Notes under the pieces: generated by a model
The model's input: the letters and a program-made list of their open reading frames with translations, nothing else
What the model was told of the DNA's origin: nothing
The model's database searches: none
Sequence record: NC_070998.1
Length of the DNA: 64,000 nucleotides
Strand: one strand, 5' to 3'
Shown: positions 34,954-45,703 of the stretch, piece after piece
How positions within the stretch are numbered: position 1 is the stretch's first letter
Layout: each line of letters begins with the position of its first letter
Position numbers and translations under genes: made by a program

Positions 34954-36321
34954 ATGACTAAACAATTTTTAATGCTCGACGAAAAACCACTTCGACATGT
35001 ATTGATAAAATCACTCCCAAGATTTCTAGAGGGAGCCAAGAAAGAATTTTACATGTCTGTTGAAACAGAGGAAAATTTTCTCAATAAGTTTAAAACTTAT
35101 TTTAAGGATAAGAGTGATATAGTATCAGCCAAACTAACTCTCTATGATAAATTTTTATTATATAAAGCGGAACATCCTGATTATACCTTTTGGACTTCAT
35201 TAAAGTTAATACGTAACGGTAATGAAGAAGAAGTAAAGGTATATGATAATTATAGTATTAACACGGATGGGGATATTTATTCACACTTTACCCAACGTAT
35301 TATGAAAGTAAAAGTTAAGAATACCGGGTATAAAGAAATTTCAATTAAAATATTAACCAGATCGGTTTTTATTTCTCATCACCGGGCATTGATGTCAAGC
35401 TTTGGATACGATATTAAACATCAACATAAACTGAATACCTTAACAATAAACCATAAGAATGGTGTAAAGGTCCAAAATGTTCTATCTAATTTGGAATGGA
35501 TGACGACCGGAGATAACTCTAGAGATAGATCAGTGATGATGGGGATAGTAGGTAAAAAGTATGGGACTAAGCCAATAAAAATTACTACGCTTGACGGTAT
35601 AGATGGTGTGAAACCGGGAACAGTATTTTACCTAAGACTTAGTACCGACGGATGTAAATACGGTTTAACTCCAGGAATAATAAATAAACCTTTAAATACA
35701 GGCACCAAGTGCTATGATTGTAAACTAGAATATATCACTAAAGAAGAACTACCAGAAGAGATACAAGAGCTACCTCAAGAACTATTGAAACATTTTGAAA
35801 AGAAACGAGCTATGTTCAACGGTTCATTAAAACTAAAACTTTTTCTAACTAAGGAAATATGCAATTATAAAGTAGGAAGTGTTTTTGTCACCACTAAAGA
35901 AAAACTGACTGAACTGGGTGTGGGGCTGGGATCTATAGCCTCTGCCATTTCAAGTCGCAAAACCTTATTTGGGTTTAAAATTTCGTATCTGTCACTCAGT
36001 GATCACAAGGAGTATTTGGACATACCTGATTGCTTTGTGAAACACTTCGATAAAGAAAACAACAGAATGAAAATGATTAGAAAAAAATGGGCGTTAAGCT
36101 GTACAGTAGTAACCGAGATAAAGGGTTACAAAATTGGCGATGTTTTCATAGAAGCTGATTTACAAAAACTATTAAGACTTGGTGTTAGACCTTCTGTAGT
36201 TTACGGTTCTAGCAAAAGAGGAAACTGTTCGAACGGACTACGATTTAATAGAATATATTGTCCAATACAAATTAATAATAAACCAACTATACCTCCTGAT
36301 TTATTAAAACTGATTTCATAA
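34954..36321 (+). CDS. free-standing HNH homing endonuclease with C-terminal repeat modules
   Basis: GYKEISIK..HRALM..INHKNGVK.QN..SNLEW.T.GDN (HNH_3 type); three ~55-aa C-terminal repeats. Confidence 0.85.
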   Translation: MTKQFLMLDEKPLRHVLIKSLPRFLEGAKKEFYMSVETEENFLNKFKTYFKDKSDIVSAKLTLYDKFLLYKAEHPDYTFWTSLKLIRNGNEEEVKVYDNYSINTDGDIYSHFTQRIMKVKVKNTGYKEISIKILTRSVFISHHRALMSSFGYDIKHQHKLNTLTINHKNGVKVQNVLSNLEWMTTGDNSRDRSVMMGIVGKKYGTKPIKITTLDGIDGVKPGTVFYLRLSTDGCKYGLTPGIINKPLNTGTKCYDCKLEYITKEELPEEIQELPQELLKHFEKKRAMFNGSLKLKLFLTKEICNYKVGSVFVTTKEKLTELGVGLGSIASAISSRKTLFGFKISYLSLSDHKEYLDIPDCFVKHFDKENNRMKMIRKKWALSCTVVTEIKGYKIGDVFIEADLQKLLRLGVRPSVVYGSSKRGNCSNGLRFNRIYCPIQINNKPTIPPDLLKLIS

Positions 36322-36323
36322 TT

Positions 36324-36354
36324 AACTATCTTCCGGGTAATCCGGAAGATAGTT
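36324..36354. terminator. bidirectional terminator-like hairpin
   Basis: AACTATCTTCCGG-GTAAT-CCGGAAGATAGTT between convergent genes. Confidence 0.7.
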
Positions 36355-36377
36355 GTCTAAACACAATAACATCTATA

Positions 36378-38576
36378 TCATCGATTGAGAGGTCTCGATA
36401 TCACCAGGCGTCCAAAATCGCCTATAATAGAATCCGCAACGACATTGGCGACGCTGGAAGCCTTGAACATATTTTTAGTATCTGTAGTAAAACGTGTTAA
36501 TCTCCTGTTAAGGTCGGCATAACGTAAAACCGTATCTAAATAGTCAACACCAGCAGTGCGGTTTATCCAGTCGTTGTACTTACCTCTGTCACCTAAATAC
36601 CGGCTTGATTGAGCTGCCATGTTAGCAAGATCAAGGGGGTTGGTTACACGACTAATGGGTACTGAGAGGATAGGTTCAAAGTCAGCCACATCGATCGTAA
36701 CTCTACAGTTACGAGGTTTCATATCTGTAGTCCAACCAAGCGGACCTTCACCGAAAGTAATGGATGCGTTTCTTACCATTCCCATGCGGATAATTGATTT
36801 CCCTCGCTGGAAACATTTAATCATGAATGGTGAACCGTAAGTAGAGCCACCAGTACTAAATGGTACAATGAACGGTAGAATCAATGAGAGTGGTAAAAAG
36901 ACGTTAGTAGCAATTGAGTATGGATGTGCATAAGGTGCTTCAAAGAACAAACTGAAACTTTCAGTATGAAGGTTAGCTGTACTATCTTGCCAGTGTTCTG
37001 GGATTTCTACACGACTATTACCAAGAATACTAAGTGGGAGTGCGCCCAATACTGAACCAGTAGCGACGCCGGCAACAGCATCTTTCATAGTAGTAATCAG
37101 ATTGTCTATTAACCCAATACCAGTTGCTCCGCCTTGAATATTGAACTTGAAATCTGAAACAGCTTGCACTGTACTGTTGAATGTTGATGCAATGGCTGAT
37201 TGCTGGAAAGAGTTACTAAATGAATCAGAAACCGGTCCGGTTCCTTCAACTCTAAAACTAACCCCATCCATACCACCGTAGAGTTGATCCATTAAAACGG
37301 AACCAATCTCTGTTAACCAACCATTCTCATCGATACCAGAGTCGTCAGTAATAGTAGGGACGTTACCTTCCAATTGCGGAGGTGTGCTGGAACTTGCAGT
37401 ACTAGAGCTGTTATTATCCAACCCGACACTTTCGTTATTAAATGAATTTAATCTAGAACGGATGTCATTAAGGGGATTTTCAGATACTCCGCTAGAGACA
37501 GAAAGGGCTGGATTAGAAGGTTTAATTTTAGAGTAAGCTTCCGGATCGGTATAAGCGGAAGCTACTTCGGGATAAGCTATTTCATCTTCCCCTCTAGAAG
37601 CCGCTACGCTACGTAATTCGGCATCTAAGAACTCTTTAGTACCTTTACCTTCAGCTCTGGTTCCTCTTCCATTAACGAAGTTACCGTCACGAATAAGCTG
37701 ATCCAAGATCTGCTCAATAGCTTTATCTTTTTCCTCAACTGTTCTAATCCCAGTATTCTTATCGAGATCTTTTACTTTAGATAGGAAATGGCGATACTTA
37801 CGAACACCACGTAGACTTAATCTAGTAATGTCAATTGTACCGTCTTCGTTAATAGCATCTGGGAATAAGGAATTCATATACGCAAAGTTATTACGCATAG
37901 CGGAACTATTAGTTTCGTAACCCCTATTACCGGCTTTGGCACGATCGCCAGCTCTTACATCCAAGGTGTTACCTTGCTTGGGTAATACAGTAAGGGTGTA
38001 GCCCGCGTTTACCATTAAGTCGTTGAAGATCCCTTGGCTGGCGGTAAAGTACATCCCCATTGCTAGTTTACCGTAGTACCACTTGTTCTTAGGTTCATTC
38101 ATCAAGTATTCAAAGAAATTATAACTGGTAGCTAGAATCTGAGCCGGCCAGAATGCAATAGCTCCAGCTGCTTGACCTATATAGAACGCCCAAGAAGGAG
38201 CGCGTCCTTTAGTTACCATTACAGAAGCAGAATAATCAAACATGTTCAAAAGGAATGTCAAGAGCCCTGTAAACTCTGGTACACAAGCCGTAAGCGTAAC
38301 AGTTTGTGCATTATCATGATGAATACGTTTATAAAACCTTCCCATATTTCCCATGCGGTTTTCCATTATCGGTTTAGGATAAGGATCGGTATTTAAACCG
38401 TAACCTGGGAGTGGGTTAATGTATCTGTTATCTCCAATAGCTGTGGAGAAGAAACTGGTATAAAGATCGTAGTCAGATCTGATAAGCACTTCTTCTGGAT
38501 TACGAATACCGTCACTCATTAAACGAAATGAGCGAGATATCACGTTATCGTCTTTATAAGGAAGCTTGACGCTCAT
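36378..38576 (-). CDS. tail/baseplate structural protein (phiKZ gp182-like)
   Basis: 732 aa immediately downstream of large tail lysin; synteny recalled from phiKZ/EL. Confidence 0.6.
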   Translation of the reverse strand: MSVKLPYKDDNVISRSFRLMSDGIRNPEEVLIRSDYDLYTSFFSTAIGDNRYINPLPGYGLNTDPYPKPIMENRMGNMGRFYKRIHHDNAQTVTLTACVPEFTGLLTFLLNMFDYSASVMVTKGRAPSWAFYIGQAAGAIAFWPAQILATSYNFFEYLMNEPKNKWYYGKLAMGMYFTASQGIFNDLMVNAGYTLTVLPKQGNTLDVRAGDRAKAGNRGYETNSSAMRNNFAYMNSLFPDAINEDGTIDITRLSLRGVRKYRHFLSKVKDLDKNTGIRTVEEKDKAIEQILDQLIRDGNFVNGRGTRAEGKGTKEFLDAELRSVAASRGEDEIAYPEVASAYTDPEAYSKIKPSNPALSVSSGVSENPLNDIRSRLNSFNNESVGLDNNSSSTASSSTPPQLEGNVPTITDDSGIDENGWLTEIGSVLMDQLYGGMDGVSFRVEGTGPVSDSFSNSFQQSAIASTFNSTVQAVSDFKFNIQGGATGIGLIDNLITTMKDAVAGVATGSVLGALPLSILGNSRVEIPEHWQDSTANLHTESFSLFFEAPYAHPYSIATNVFLPLSLILPFIVPFSTGGSTYGSPFMIKCFQRGKSIIRMGMVRNASITFGEGPLGWTTDMKPRNCRVTIDVADFEPILSVPISRVTNPLDLANMAAQSSRYLGDRGKYNDWINRTAGVDYLDTVLRYADLNRRLTRFTTDTKNMFKASSVANVVADSIIGDFGRLVISRPLNR

Positions 38577-38601
38577 CTGGTTACCTCTAAAAAGAAAAAG
38601 G

Positions 38602-38627
38602 GAGTAGGAGGTTTGACCCTCCTACTC
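38602..38627 (-). terminator. intrinsic terminator on minus strand
   Basis: GAGTAGGAGG-TTTGAC-CCTCCTACTC with A-run on the + strand left side. Confidence 0.6.
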
Positions 38628-38634
38628 AGTTTTA

Positions 38635-41600
38635 TTAATTCATCCTCACCCCACTTTGTTGTTTAGCGAGACGATTGATACCTTCATTCAGAGTATCGAC
38701 GGATGTGATCAACCTAGCCATTGCAGCTGTGTTGGCTTCATCGTTAACAGCCAGAGGACCGTCAGGTAACTTGAGTTCTACCGGAACTTCTTTGGTAGAT
38801 GTCTTCATTACATTAGACTGATTAACAGCAGGGGTATTAGTTGCTGTATTACTCGGTTGTTGCGGAGCAGCAATACTCGGTGGAGGAGCCGGTACCTTAG
38901 GCTTACTAGCAGGAGAAGCTGTAGGAGTACTAGTTGGTGAAACAGGTTTATTAGAAACCTTAGCAGTATCTGCCGCGTTCATCAAACTGTTGATGTCCTC
39001 CTTAGCATCTGGGTTAACAGCTTTGTTACCATCGACGTGATCAGGTGGAACATTACTATCTGGAACAGAAGGTAATTGGGCTTGTTCGTTACTAATCTGA
39101 ACAGAGCCCTGTTCACCAGTATCTGGTACAGATATATCTCCCCGGTTAAGACGATCCAAGTACTCTTGATAGTATTGCCTACGTTCATCTGAGCCAGGAA
39201 CGGGATTACCACCATTGATACCACGCATGGCGGTTTCAAAATCACCTGTCTGGGCAATAGAACGCATAGCTTTACTATTAAGTAAGAATCGTACAGCAGA
39301 TTCAGCCATTACGTTAGGATCTTCAGACACGATACGTGGATTGGATACAACATCAATCCCAGTTTCTTGTTTGAATTTCTCGTAGTTAGCCTTGCCTGTT
39401 AACTGGAACAGTCCTCTACCACGGTATAACCAACCGTCTTCCGGTTTAGTGTTACCAAGCGTCGGACCTTTGGGAGCTCTACCGTAAACGTACATGGCGC
39501 GTTCAGGCGGAGACATGGCTGCAACCTTTTCAGCTGTGGCCATATCAGGAATATTACGGAAGTACCTCTTCAGAGTAGGGGCAGACCAGTTGGTATTCTC
39601 TACAGTAGCTGAATAGTTCCCTGTTTCCTTCTTAGCCATAGCCAACGCAAGAGCCAACATCTTCTTATCAGTTACACCAGCTTTTAACAAGTGGTTTAAT
39701 AAGAGCTGTTCACCTTGAGCAGGATCCATCTTGATCCCTTTGTCATCACCTGCTAACTTCTGGAACTCTGGATTAAAAGTATCTGACCAACCAAGGTTTA
39801 CATTCCCGCCTTGTAAGTTGTAGTTAGTACCAAACCCAATACCGTTGTTATTACGACCATCGGCAGTAAATGAATTACCAGTTCCACCACCGTAAATACC
39901 AACATTACCAGCAGAGACATTTCGGTTTTTACCATACACTTTATCAAACAGTGCATTGGTATTAACCTGGACTTGGTTAGAGTCGATTTTACTTCCGTTT
40001 ACTTTCTCATCGTAAGTAAGTGAACGCTCATCTTCTAACTCAGGTTCTTTCAGTCTTGCTTTTGTGGCCTTAGCATCCAAAGACTTAAGATACTTCTCAA
40101 CACGATCAGGCCAGCTACCAGAATTGGAATTTTCAAATGGAGATACTTTCACATCCCATACTGACACTTCTTCTTGCTGATATATAACCCGAGTTTCTGA
40201 TAAGAATCTAGCCAACTTAGCTTTGTTGGTATCAGAGAGTGATCTCCAACCTTGCTTAGGTAGCTGATTACGGAGACGTTTCATTTCCTTAACGTATTGT
40301 TGTAATACAGGTAAGAAACGATTCTGGAACCACAGATGCCAGTTAGACTCACCATTAGTTGTTTCAATCCTAAATTGCGCTTTAAACAGATTAAATACTC
40401 TAGTAGGGTTACCACTAAAGACCGCTTCCGTTCCAAGCGTGTTAATCAGATCTTCACAATAACGTTCCAGTCTAAGTACGGCATCTACTCGCCAAGGCAT
40501 GTTGTCGATGTTACCATAAACACCTAAACGGACCATAGTAAATGGATCGATAGCTGTATTAGCATCTTTATGCAAATCAGAGATATCGATTTCTCTTACA
40601 GCTTGCGGTGTTTGGAACTTACGATCAACTTCTTCCTGAGCGAGTTTATTAGCTCGATCTCCAAAACTATTACTGAACCACCCTGCAAGACCGTCCGGAG
40701 TCTTTTCGTTGAGCACTCTGCTACGACGCTCTACATCTGTTTCTAGTTTGAACTCTTCTTCAGGAGTGGGGTATTTCTTACGAAGTTCTGACAGTAAAGA
40801 ACTAACCAAGTTCTCAGTCATCACTCGATTAAGAATACCTTCCCTTGGATCTATCTGAACTTGGACTTCATAAGGGAATGGATCCAAAGTACCCATAGAT
40901 GTTCTTACACGTTCACAGAGTAGTGTAACTTCATAGCTCTCTTTGCGGTCAAACTCGTTGATGTCACCATGTCTACCTACGGATACTGCTACAGCGTACA
41001 GCAAGAACACTGGTTTGAAACGTGCATTAAACCAAGTGTGAACTTGATCAAATGGAACACTATCTCCACCTTTAGCAAACTGCTGGAGGATCTGTGCAAC
41101 AGGAGCATTTTGGGTAAAACTTGCCCTGTTATTAGCAATAGCCAAATGAGGAATTAATGCTTGTTCCAACTTAGAGACACGTTTAGCCAAATTACCGTCA
41201 ATACTCTTGATACCGTACTGAGCATAACGAATGCGACGTTGTAGTGAATCAGGAATCTCTTTAGCGCTAACTCCACCAGCACCATCAATGTAAGCTTGTG
41301 CTTCACGACGGTCAGTAAAGAAGGTTCCGTCAGGAGCCCAGAATACACCCTTGTTATCGATAAAGTCACTAGCGGCTTTTGGTAACAAGAATTCCTTAGC
41401 TGTTTTCAAAGCAAGTGTAGGTAAGAAGAAATCAGAAGCAGTATCGACAACTTTCTCCATAGTAGTTAACTTTGGACCATTATCGTCTTTACCATCTTCG
41501 TACACATCTCCATCAGTGGGTTCATCTTCACCACCAAAGGCATCGGCTGCGTACATCCCGCCACCTACTACAGCACCAGTACCTAGTAAAGCAGCCAACA

Positions 41601-44600
41601 TCTTACCACGACCACCCAACTTGCCAAGCGCTCCACCGATCTTACCTCTTACCCCTCCTTTACCAGCACTACCTAATGCATCCCCTAAACCACCTGCTGC
41701 TGTTTTAGCCATGGTGGCTTTAGTCAGAGCAGTGAAACCCCACTTCATTAATTTGAAGATGGGAGAAGCTACACCCAACACTCCCGAGAACAACATACTA
41801 CCGATAGAAGCTAAGCGTTTTCCAGAGTTAACCAGAGAACCCATAATCAAACCACCTAAGGTTCCAATGGGATTCTTAATAAGACGCATGGCAAAATCAC
41901 CCATCCCTCCCATCAAGCTAAAGAGTTTACCGAAGATGCCTTGCTTTTCGGTTTTCTCTCCCTCTTTAGGTTCTTTCATTCCTTCAGCAATATCGATGAT
42001 GGAGTCCTGAACCTTTTCTTGTTTCTCTGCTTTCTCTTGACGGATCTTATCTTCCAGAGAGTTTAACCTCAAACCTTTAGTGATAGGCGACCCTATTGGA
42101 TCACTTTCACCATCAAAGTTATCTGGAATATCAATACCAAACTTCTGAGACAATATAGCATAGATACGATCTAAACGACGTTCAACACCACGGTTACTAC
42201 TTTGGCCTGGTTTACCACCTACAGAACCTTCTGTATCACTCTGTGGACGATTATAACCGAACTTACCTAAGATGGTATCAAGACCTGATCTAGCCAGTCC
42301 AGCGGCTGTTTCTGCTAATCCTGAAGCAGCACTACCTACAGCTCTTACTTTCTGACCAGTTGCTGTGATAAGACCTTGATCAAACTCAATTTGAGAGATA
42401 ACCTCATTCCCTTCACTGTCATAAACAGGTCCAGTTATTTCGTTCCATCCCCAAATAGGTTTAATAGAACCAGTGGTATCTTCAATTGAGTATTCACCTT
42501 CTTTGAACTTCACAGCTCTAAGTCTAGGAGTCTTCTCACCTTTCACATATACATCTTGCTGGTAAATGAGATTCTTACCCATCTCCATCACAGACTTAAT
42601 ACGTGTTAGTGGATCAACAAAGTTATAAGCACCAACTACGGCATCTTTGAGCTTAACAATGCCAGAGAGAACCACCGCTCTACCATCAGCACCAAAGATT
42701 TTACCACCTAACTCCTTAATAGTTATGGTAACCTTTTCAGCTGCATCAAAGATTGGACCTTTAATATCACGCCAAGTGTTTATCACACGACGTTTTACAG
42801 CATCGTAATAATCACCAGCTTTTAACTTAGATGACTTAAGAATCGGGTTGCCGTTCTCATCAAGAATATCTTCTTCATCAGAAGGTTCGTCACCTACCGC
42901 ATTCTCATTGTCAACCCTACCCCAATGTTGTACTAAAGCACCTAGAGCGACACCACCTACTCCAGCGGCTGCTGCTAGAATTGGATTTTGGATAAAATGA
43001 GAACTAACACCACCTAAAATAGAACCTAAGATTAATGGCTGGTTTTGCATAACCATTTCAAACCCTTTACCCAAGATATTAGTTGGGAGGATTTTCTTAA
43101 GTCTATTAATAACATCAAAGTTATAACGATCAGCTTGACGTTCCTCAGTTTCTGACTTGGCTTGCTTGTTAAACAATTTACCATCTTTAACAATAGTCAA
43201 AAGTTCTGTAAACAACGCATCCATATTAGAAGTTGAAGTTGCGATCTTATCAATGTTGGTAATTACTTCACCGGTATGTGTGTCAAAGTAAGCCTGTGGT
43301 CCCTTAGAACTTTCTGTATTAACTTTGGAAGTATTATCAACCAATCTGCTAAGCTGAGCTGACAAATCGCTTATGGAACTATTGAGTTCGTTAAACGTAT
43401 TGTTAGTAGAAGCTGAACCAGTTGGTGATTTAGGAACGATGAATCCACCTTTACCGTCACTAACAGGTTTCTTGGAAGTGGTATCGAACATACCCTTCAA
43501 TTGAGGGTTATTAGGGTTCTCCATGAACTGTCCCAACCTTTCGTGGAAAATGTCCATGTTAACTTTCTCTACCCCAGCTTCAGTGTAAATGACACCAAGA
43601 TCTCTAAGGAGTTGTTCATTACCAGTAGAACGAAGCATGTCGATGCGCTCTGCTACATTGGGGAAAAGTTCCTTCATGTTAGCAGCAGTGGCAGAAGCTA
43701 CGTTAAGGCGCTCGTTACCTTCATTACTACGCATGTCGGTCATGCGCTTAAGTTTATCAAAACCCTTAGCAGATTTAAACTCAGAAACATCTTGGTCATT
43801 AAGTCCAAAGTGACGTTTCATTACAGCATGGATTTCTTTTTGGTGAGCGCCAGAAACGTTAGGAATATCACCAAGATAATAGAATGGGTTAAACCCTTTC
43901 TCTTGATCGACATCTTTAGCGATCTGTTGGGCTAGCGCTTTTCTAGCACCAGCGCTAAGAGAACGCTCTGTATCCAGCCCGTCAACCATCTCCAAAGCTG
44001 CTTGAGCGTAACGACTAAAGTCTCCGTAAGGCATTAAATCAGCTTTAACAGAAATGCGCTTTTCAGAATCAGTTTGGAACTGACCACGCATATAGTTATA
44101 GCTTACACCTTCGATATTCTTTTCGCCAGTACGAATCCCTTCGGTGCTGGTTAAGATCCTACTAAGCAACCCTGGGATAACCTCATTGAGTGTGATATTG
44201 TTAGTCTCTTTCCAGATACCTGGATTATTGAGATCTTTTACATTACGTTTATTAAGGGTATATTGAGTGCCACGAGATTTAGTAATCTCTGACATGAAGC
44301 TGTTAACGGAAGCTTTAGCTTTGTTGGTGGCTGCATTCTTAGCAACCCAAATAGCCTTTGGAATAGGTTTCTTACCAGGAGGAAGTTGATCTAAGTAATC
44401 TTGATAATCAAGATACTCCATCTCGTCCATAGCTTCGTAATCTTCAGCAAGGTAGTTAATTAACCCAACACCAGAAGTAGAAGCGTAAGAAGCTTTATTA
44501 CCAAAGTTAGTCAATTTGCCAAACATTTCTTGGAACTGCTTAGCTTCTTTGGGATTTTTAGCTGCTAGCTTATTAATCCAATCTTTACCTTTACCACGTT

Positions 44601-45678
44601 CAAAGAAGTAAGGAATATTGGAAACGAACATACTACCGAGTTGTTTGCCGATTAGATCACCAATCATCCCTTTGGACATCGGCATTCCATCTGACATGTC
44701 TAACATATCAGCAATTTGTTCTAAAGCAAAATTACCACCTTGATAACCTTCTTGTCTAGCCGACTTACCAAACTTATCCTTAATTAAACCAGTGAGTCCA
44801 CCTACACGTTTACCTATTGTGCTAAAAAGCTTATTTCTCATAAACTCTTTAGAAGCAGTAAAGTTGGACGTCTTTTGGTAATCGCTCATCATACTTGCTT
44901 TTTGAATCTTTTTCAATTCAGCAATTTCAGTATGAATTCCTTTCTCCATAAACTTATAGTACTTGACGTTAGAAACGTAAGTTTTAGCTAATAAAGAAAG
45001 CTTAGCCTGATCCATTCGAAGTTGGACGTTACGTTGGTAGTTAACCAGATCACGCATTCCAGATTCGATGTTAACGAGTTGTCTATTACCAGAAGAGATA
45101 CTCGCGGTGATCATCCCGCCAACATGAGCAGACATGGTATTTAATGTTTCACCTAAAGCTGTGAACATTCCTTCTTGAGCTTCAAGAGAGCGATCAAGCG
45201 CAGCAGCAACATCGTAGTCACTAGTTTCTTCTATAGCTAAACCAGGAGCTTCATAACCACCTAATTTCTCCCAACTAGAAAAGTCTTTCTGGGAGAAATT
45301 CTCGAGCTCATTTGTAATTGAACTGGGCATTCTTTCGCCCATTTTCTTTGACAGATGACCCGCAATGCTTTGTAACGATTTAACAGAAGAAGCATTTTCT
45401 TCTTTAAATTCTGTTTTTAATTCGTCAAATCTACGACCAGCCCAGCTGACCCGATCTAACGCTGTGGAGAATGATTTAGGAAGAATAGTACGAAGTGTTC
45501 GCATTCTTGCTTCGCCACTTCCAACTGTTTCATCGACAATCCCAGAAAGGAATCCGGAGGCCATCCCTCCGACAAACCCTTTCTTTGCATACGGATCCAT
45601 ATCAAAATCCATATCAAAGTCGAGATCTCCACCAAAGGGATCATCATCCCAGTCTAGATCATAAGTATCACTTGCCAT
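38635..45678 (-). CDS. large tail protein / tape measure with C-terminal GH19 peptidoglycan hydrolase (phiKZ gp181 / EL gp183 equivalent)
   Basis: about 2350 aa; KETG, EN.N.S, GNT..EDGW.YRGRG.FQLTGK.NY, INGG GH19 motifs; start placed at MASD behind GGGGG RBS. Confidence 0.8.
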   Translation of the reverse strand: MASDTYDLDWDDDPFGGDLDFDMDFDMDPYAKKGFVGGMASGFLSGIVDETVGSGEARMRTLRTILPKSFSTALDRVSWAGRRFDELKTEFKEENASSVKSLQSIAGHLSKKMGERMPSSITNELENFSQKDFSSWEKLGGYEAPGLAIEETSDYDVAAALDRSLEAQEGMFTALGETLNTMSAHVGGMITASISSGNRQLVNIESGMRDLVNYQRNVQLRMDQAKLSLLAKTYVSNVKYYKFMEKGIHTEIAELKKIQKASMMSDYQKTSNFTASKEFMRNKLFSTIGKRVGGLTGLIKDKFGKSARQEGYQGGNFALEQIADMLDMSDGMPMSKGMIGDLIGKQLGSMFVSNIPYFFERGKGKDWINKLAAKNPKEAKQFQEMFGKLTNFGNKASYASTSGVGLINYLAEDYEAMDEMEYLDYQDYLDQLPPGKKPIPKAIWVAKNAATNKAKASVNSFMSEITKSRGTQYTLNKRNVKDLNNPGIWKETNNITLNEVIPGLLSRILTSTEGIRTGEKNIEGVSYNYMRGQFQTDSEKRISVKADLMPYGDFSRYAQAALEMVDGLDTERSLSAGARKALAQQIAKDVDQEKGFNPFYYLGDIPNVSGAHQKEIHAVMKRHFGLNDQDVSEFKSAKGFDKLKRMTDMRSNEGNERLNVASATAANMKELFPNVAERIDMLRSTGNEQLLRDLGVIYTEAGVEKVNMDIFHERLGQFMENPNNPQLKGMFDTTSKKPVSDGKGGFIVPKSPTGSASTNNTFNELNSSISDLSAQLSRLVDNTSKVNTESSKGPQAYFDTHTGEVITNIDKIATSTSNMDALFTELLTIVKDGKLFNKQAKSETEERQADRYNFDVINRLKKILPTNILGKGFEMVMQNQPLILGSILGGVSSHFIQNPILAAAAGVGGVALGALVQHWGRVDNENAVGDEPSDEEDILDENGNPILKSSKLKAGDYYDAVKRRVINTWRDIKGPIFDAAEKVTITIKELGGKIFGADGRAVVLSGIVKLKDAVVGAYNFVDPLTRIKSVMEMGKNLIYQQDVYVKGEKTPRLRAVKFKEGEYSIEDTTGSIKPIWGWNEITGPVYDSEGNEVISQIEFDQGLITATGQKVRAVGSAASGLAETAAGLARSGLDTILGKFGYNRPQSDTEGSVGGKPGQSSNRGVERRLDRIYAILSQKFGIDIPDNFDGESDPIGSPITKGLRLNSLEDKIRQEKAEKQEKVQDSIIDIAEGMKEPKEGEKTEKQGIFGKLFSLMGGMGDFAMRLIKNPIGTLGGLIMGSLVNSGKRLASIGSMLFSGVLGVASPIFKLMKWGFTALTKATMAKTAAGGLGDALGSAGKGGVRGKIGGALGKLGGRGKMLAALLGTGAVVGGGMYAADAFGGEDEPTDGDVYEDGKDDNGPKLTTMEKVVDTASDFFLPTLALKTAKEFLLPKAASDFIDNKGVFWAPDGTFFTDRREAQAYIDGAGGVSAKEIPDSLQRRIRYAQYGIKSIDGNLAKRVSKLEQALIPHLAIANNRASFTQNAPVAQILQQFAKGGDSVPFDQVHTWFNARFKPVFLLYAVAVSVGRHGDINEFDRKESYEVTLLCERVRTSMGTLDPFPYEVQVQIDPREGILNRVMTENLVSSLLSELRKKYPTPEEEFKLETDVERRSRVLNEKTPDGLAGWFSNSFGDRANKLAQEEVDRKFQTPQAVREIDISDLHKDANTAIDPFTMVRLGVYGNIDNMPWRVDAVLRLERYCEDLINTLGTEAVFSGNPTRVFNLFKAQFRIETTNGESNWHLWFQNRFLPVLQQYVKEMKRLRNQLPKQGWRSLSDTNKAKLARFLSETRVIYQQEEVSVWDVKVSPFENSNSGSWPDRVEKYLKSLDAKATKARLKEPELEDERSLTYDEKVNGSKIDSNQVQVNTNALFDKVYGKNRNVSAGNVGIYGGGTGNSFTADGRNNNGIGFGTNYNLQGGNVNLGWSDTFNPEFQKLAGDDKGIKMDPAQGEQLLLNHLLKAGVTDKKMLALALAMAKKETGNYSATVENTNWSAPTLKRYFRNIPDMATAEKVAAMSPPERAMYVYGRAPKGPTLGNTKPEDGWLYRGRGLFQLTGKANYEKFKQETGIDVVSNPRIVSEDPNVMAESAVRFLLNSKAMRSIAQTGDFETAMRGINGGNPVPGSDERRQYYQEYLDRLNRGDISVPDTGEQGSVQISNEQAQLPSVPDSNVPPDHVDGNKAVNPDAKEDINSLMNAADTAKVSNKPVSPTSTPTASPASKPKVPAPPPSIAAPQQPSNTATNTPAVNQSNVMKTSTKEVPVELKLPDGPLAVNDEANTAAMARLITSVDTLNEGINRLAKQQSGVRMN

Positions 45679-45703
45679 ACATTCCCCCACTTAGGAAATA
45701 GCG

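Noticed and set aside
41154-45701. Plus-strand ORFs opposite the tail protein (e.g. 41351-42010, 43501-43935, 45365-45664)
   Set aside because: Antisense shadows of a long biased coding sequence, without RBS or protein-like composition; the same applies to most short overlapping ORFs in the track (e.g. 2271-2792, 3843-4361, 16150-16773, 22498-23250)
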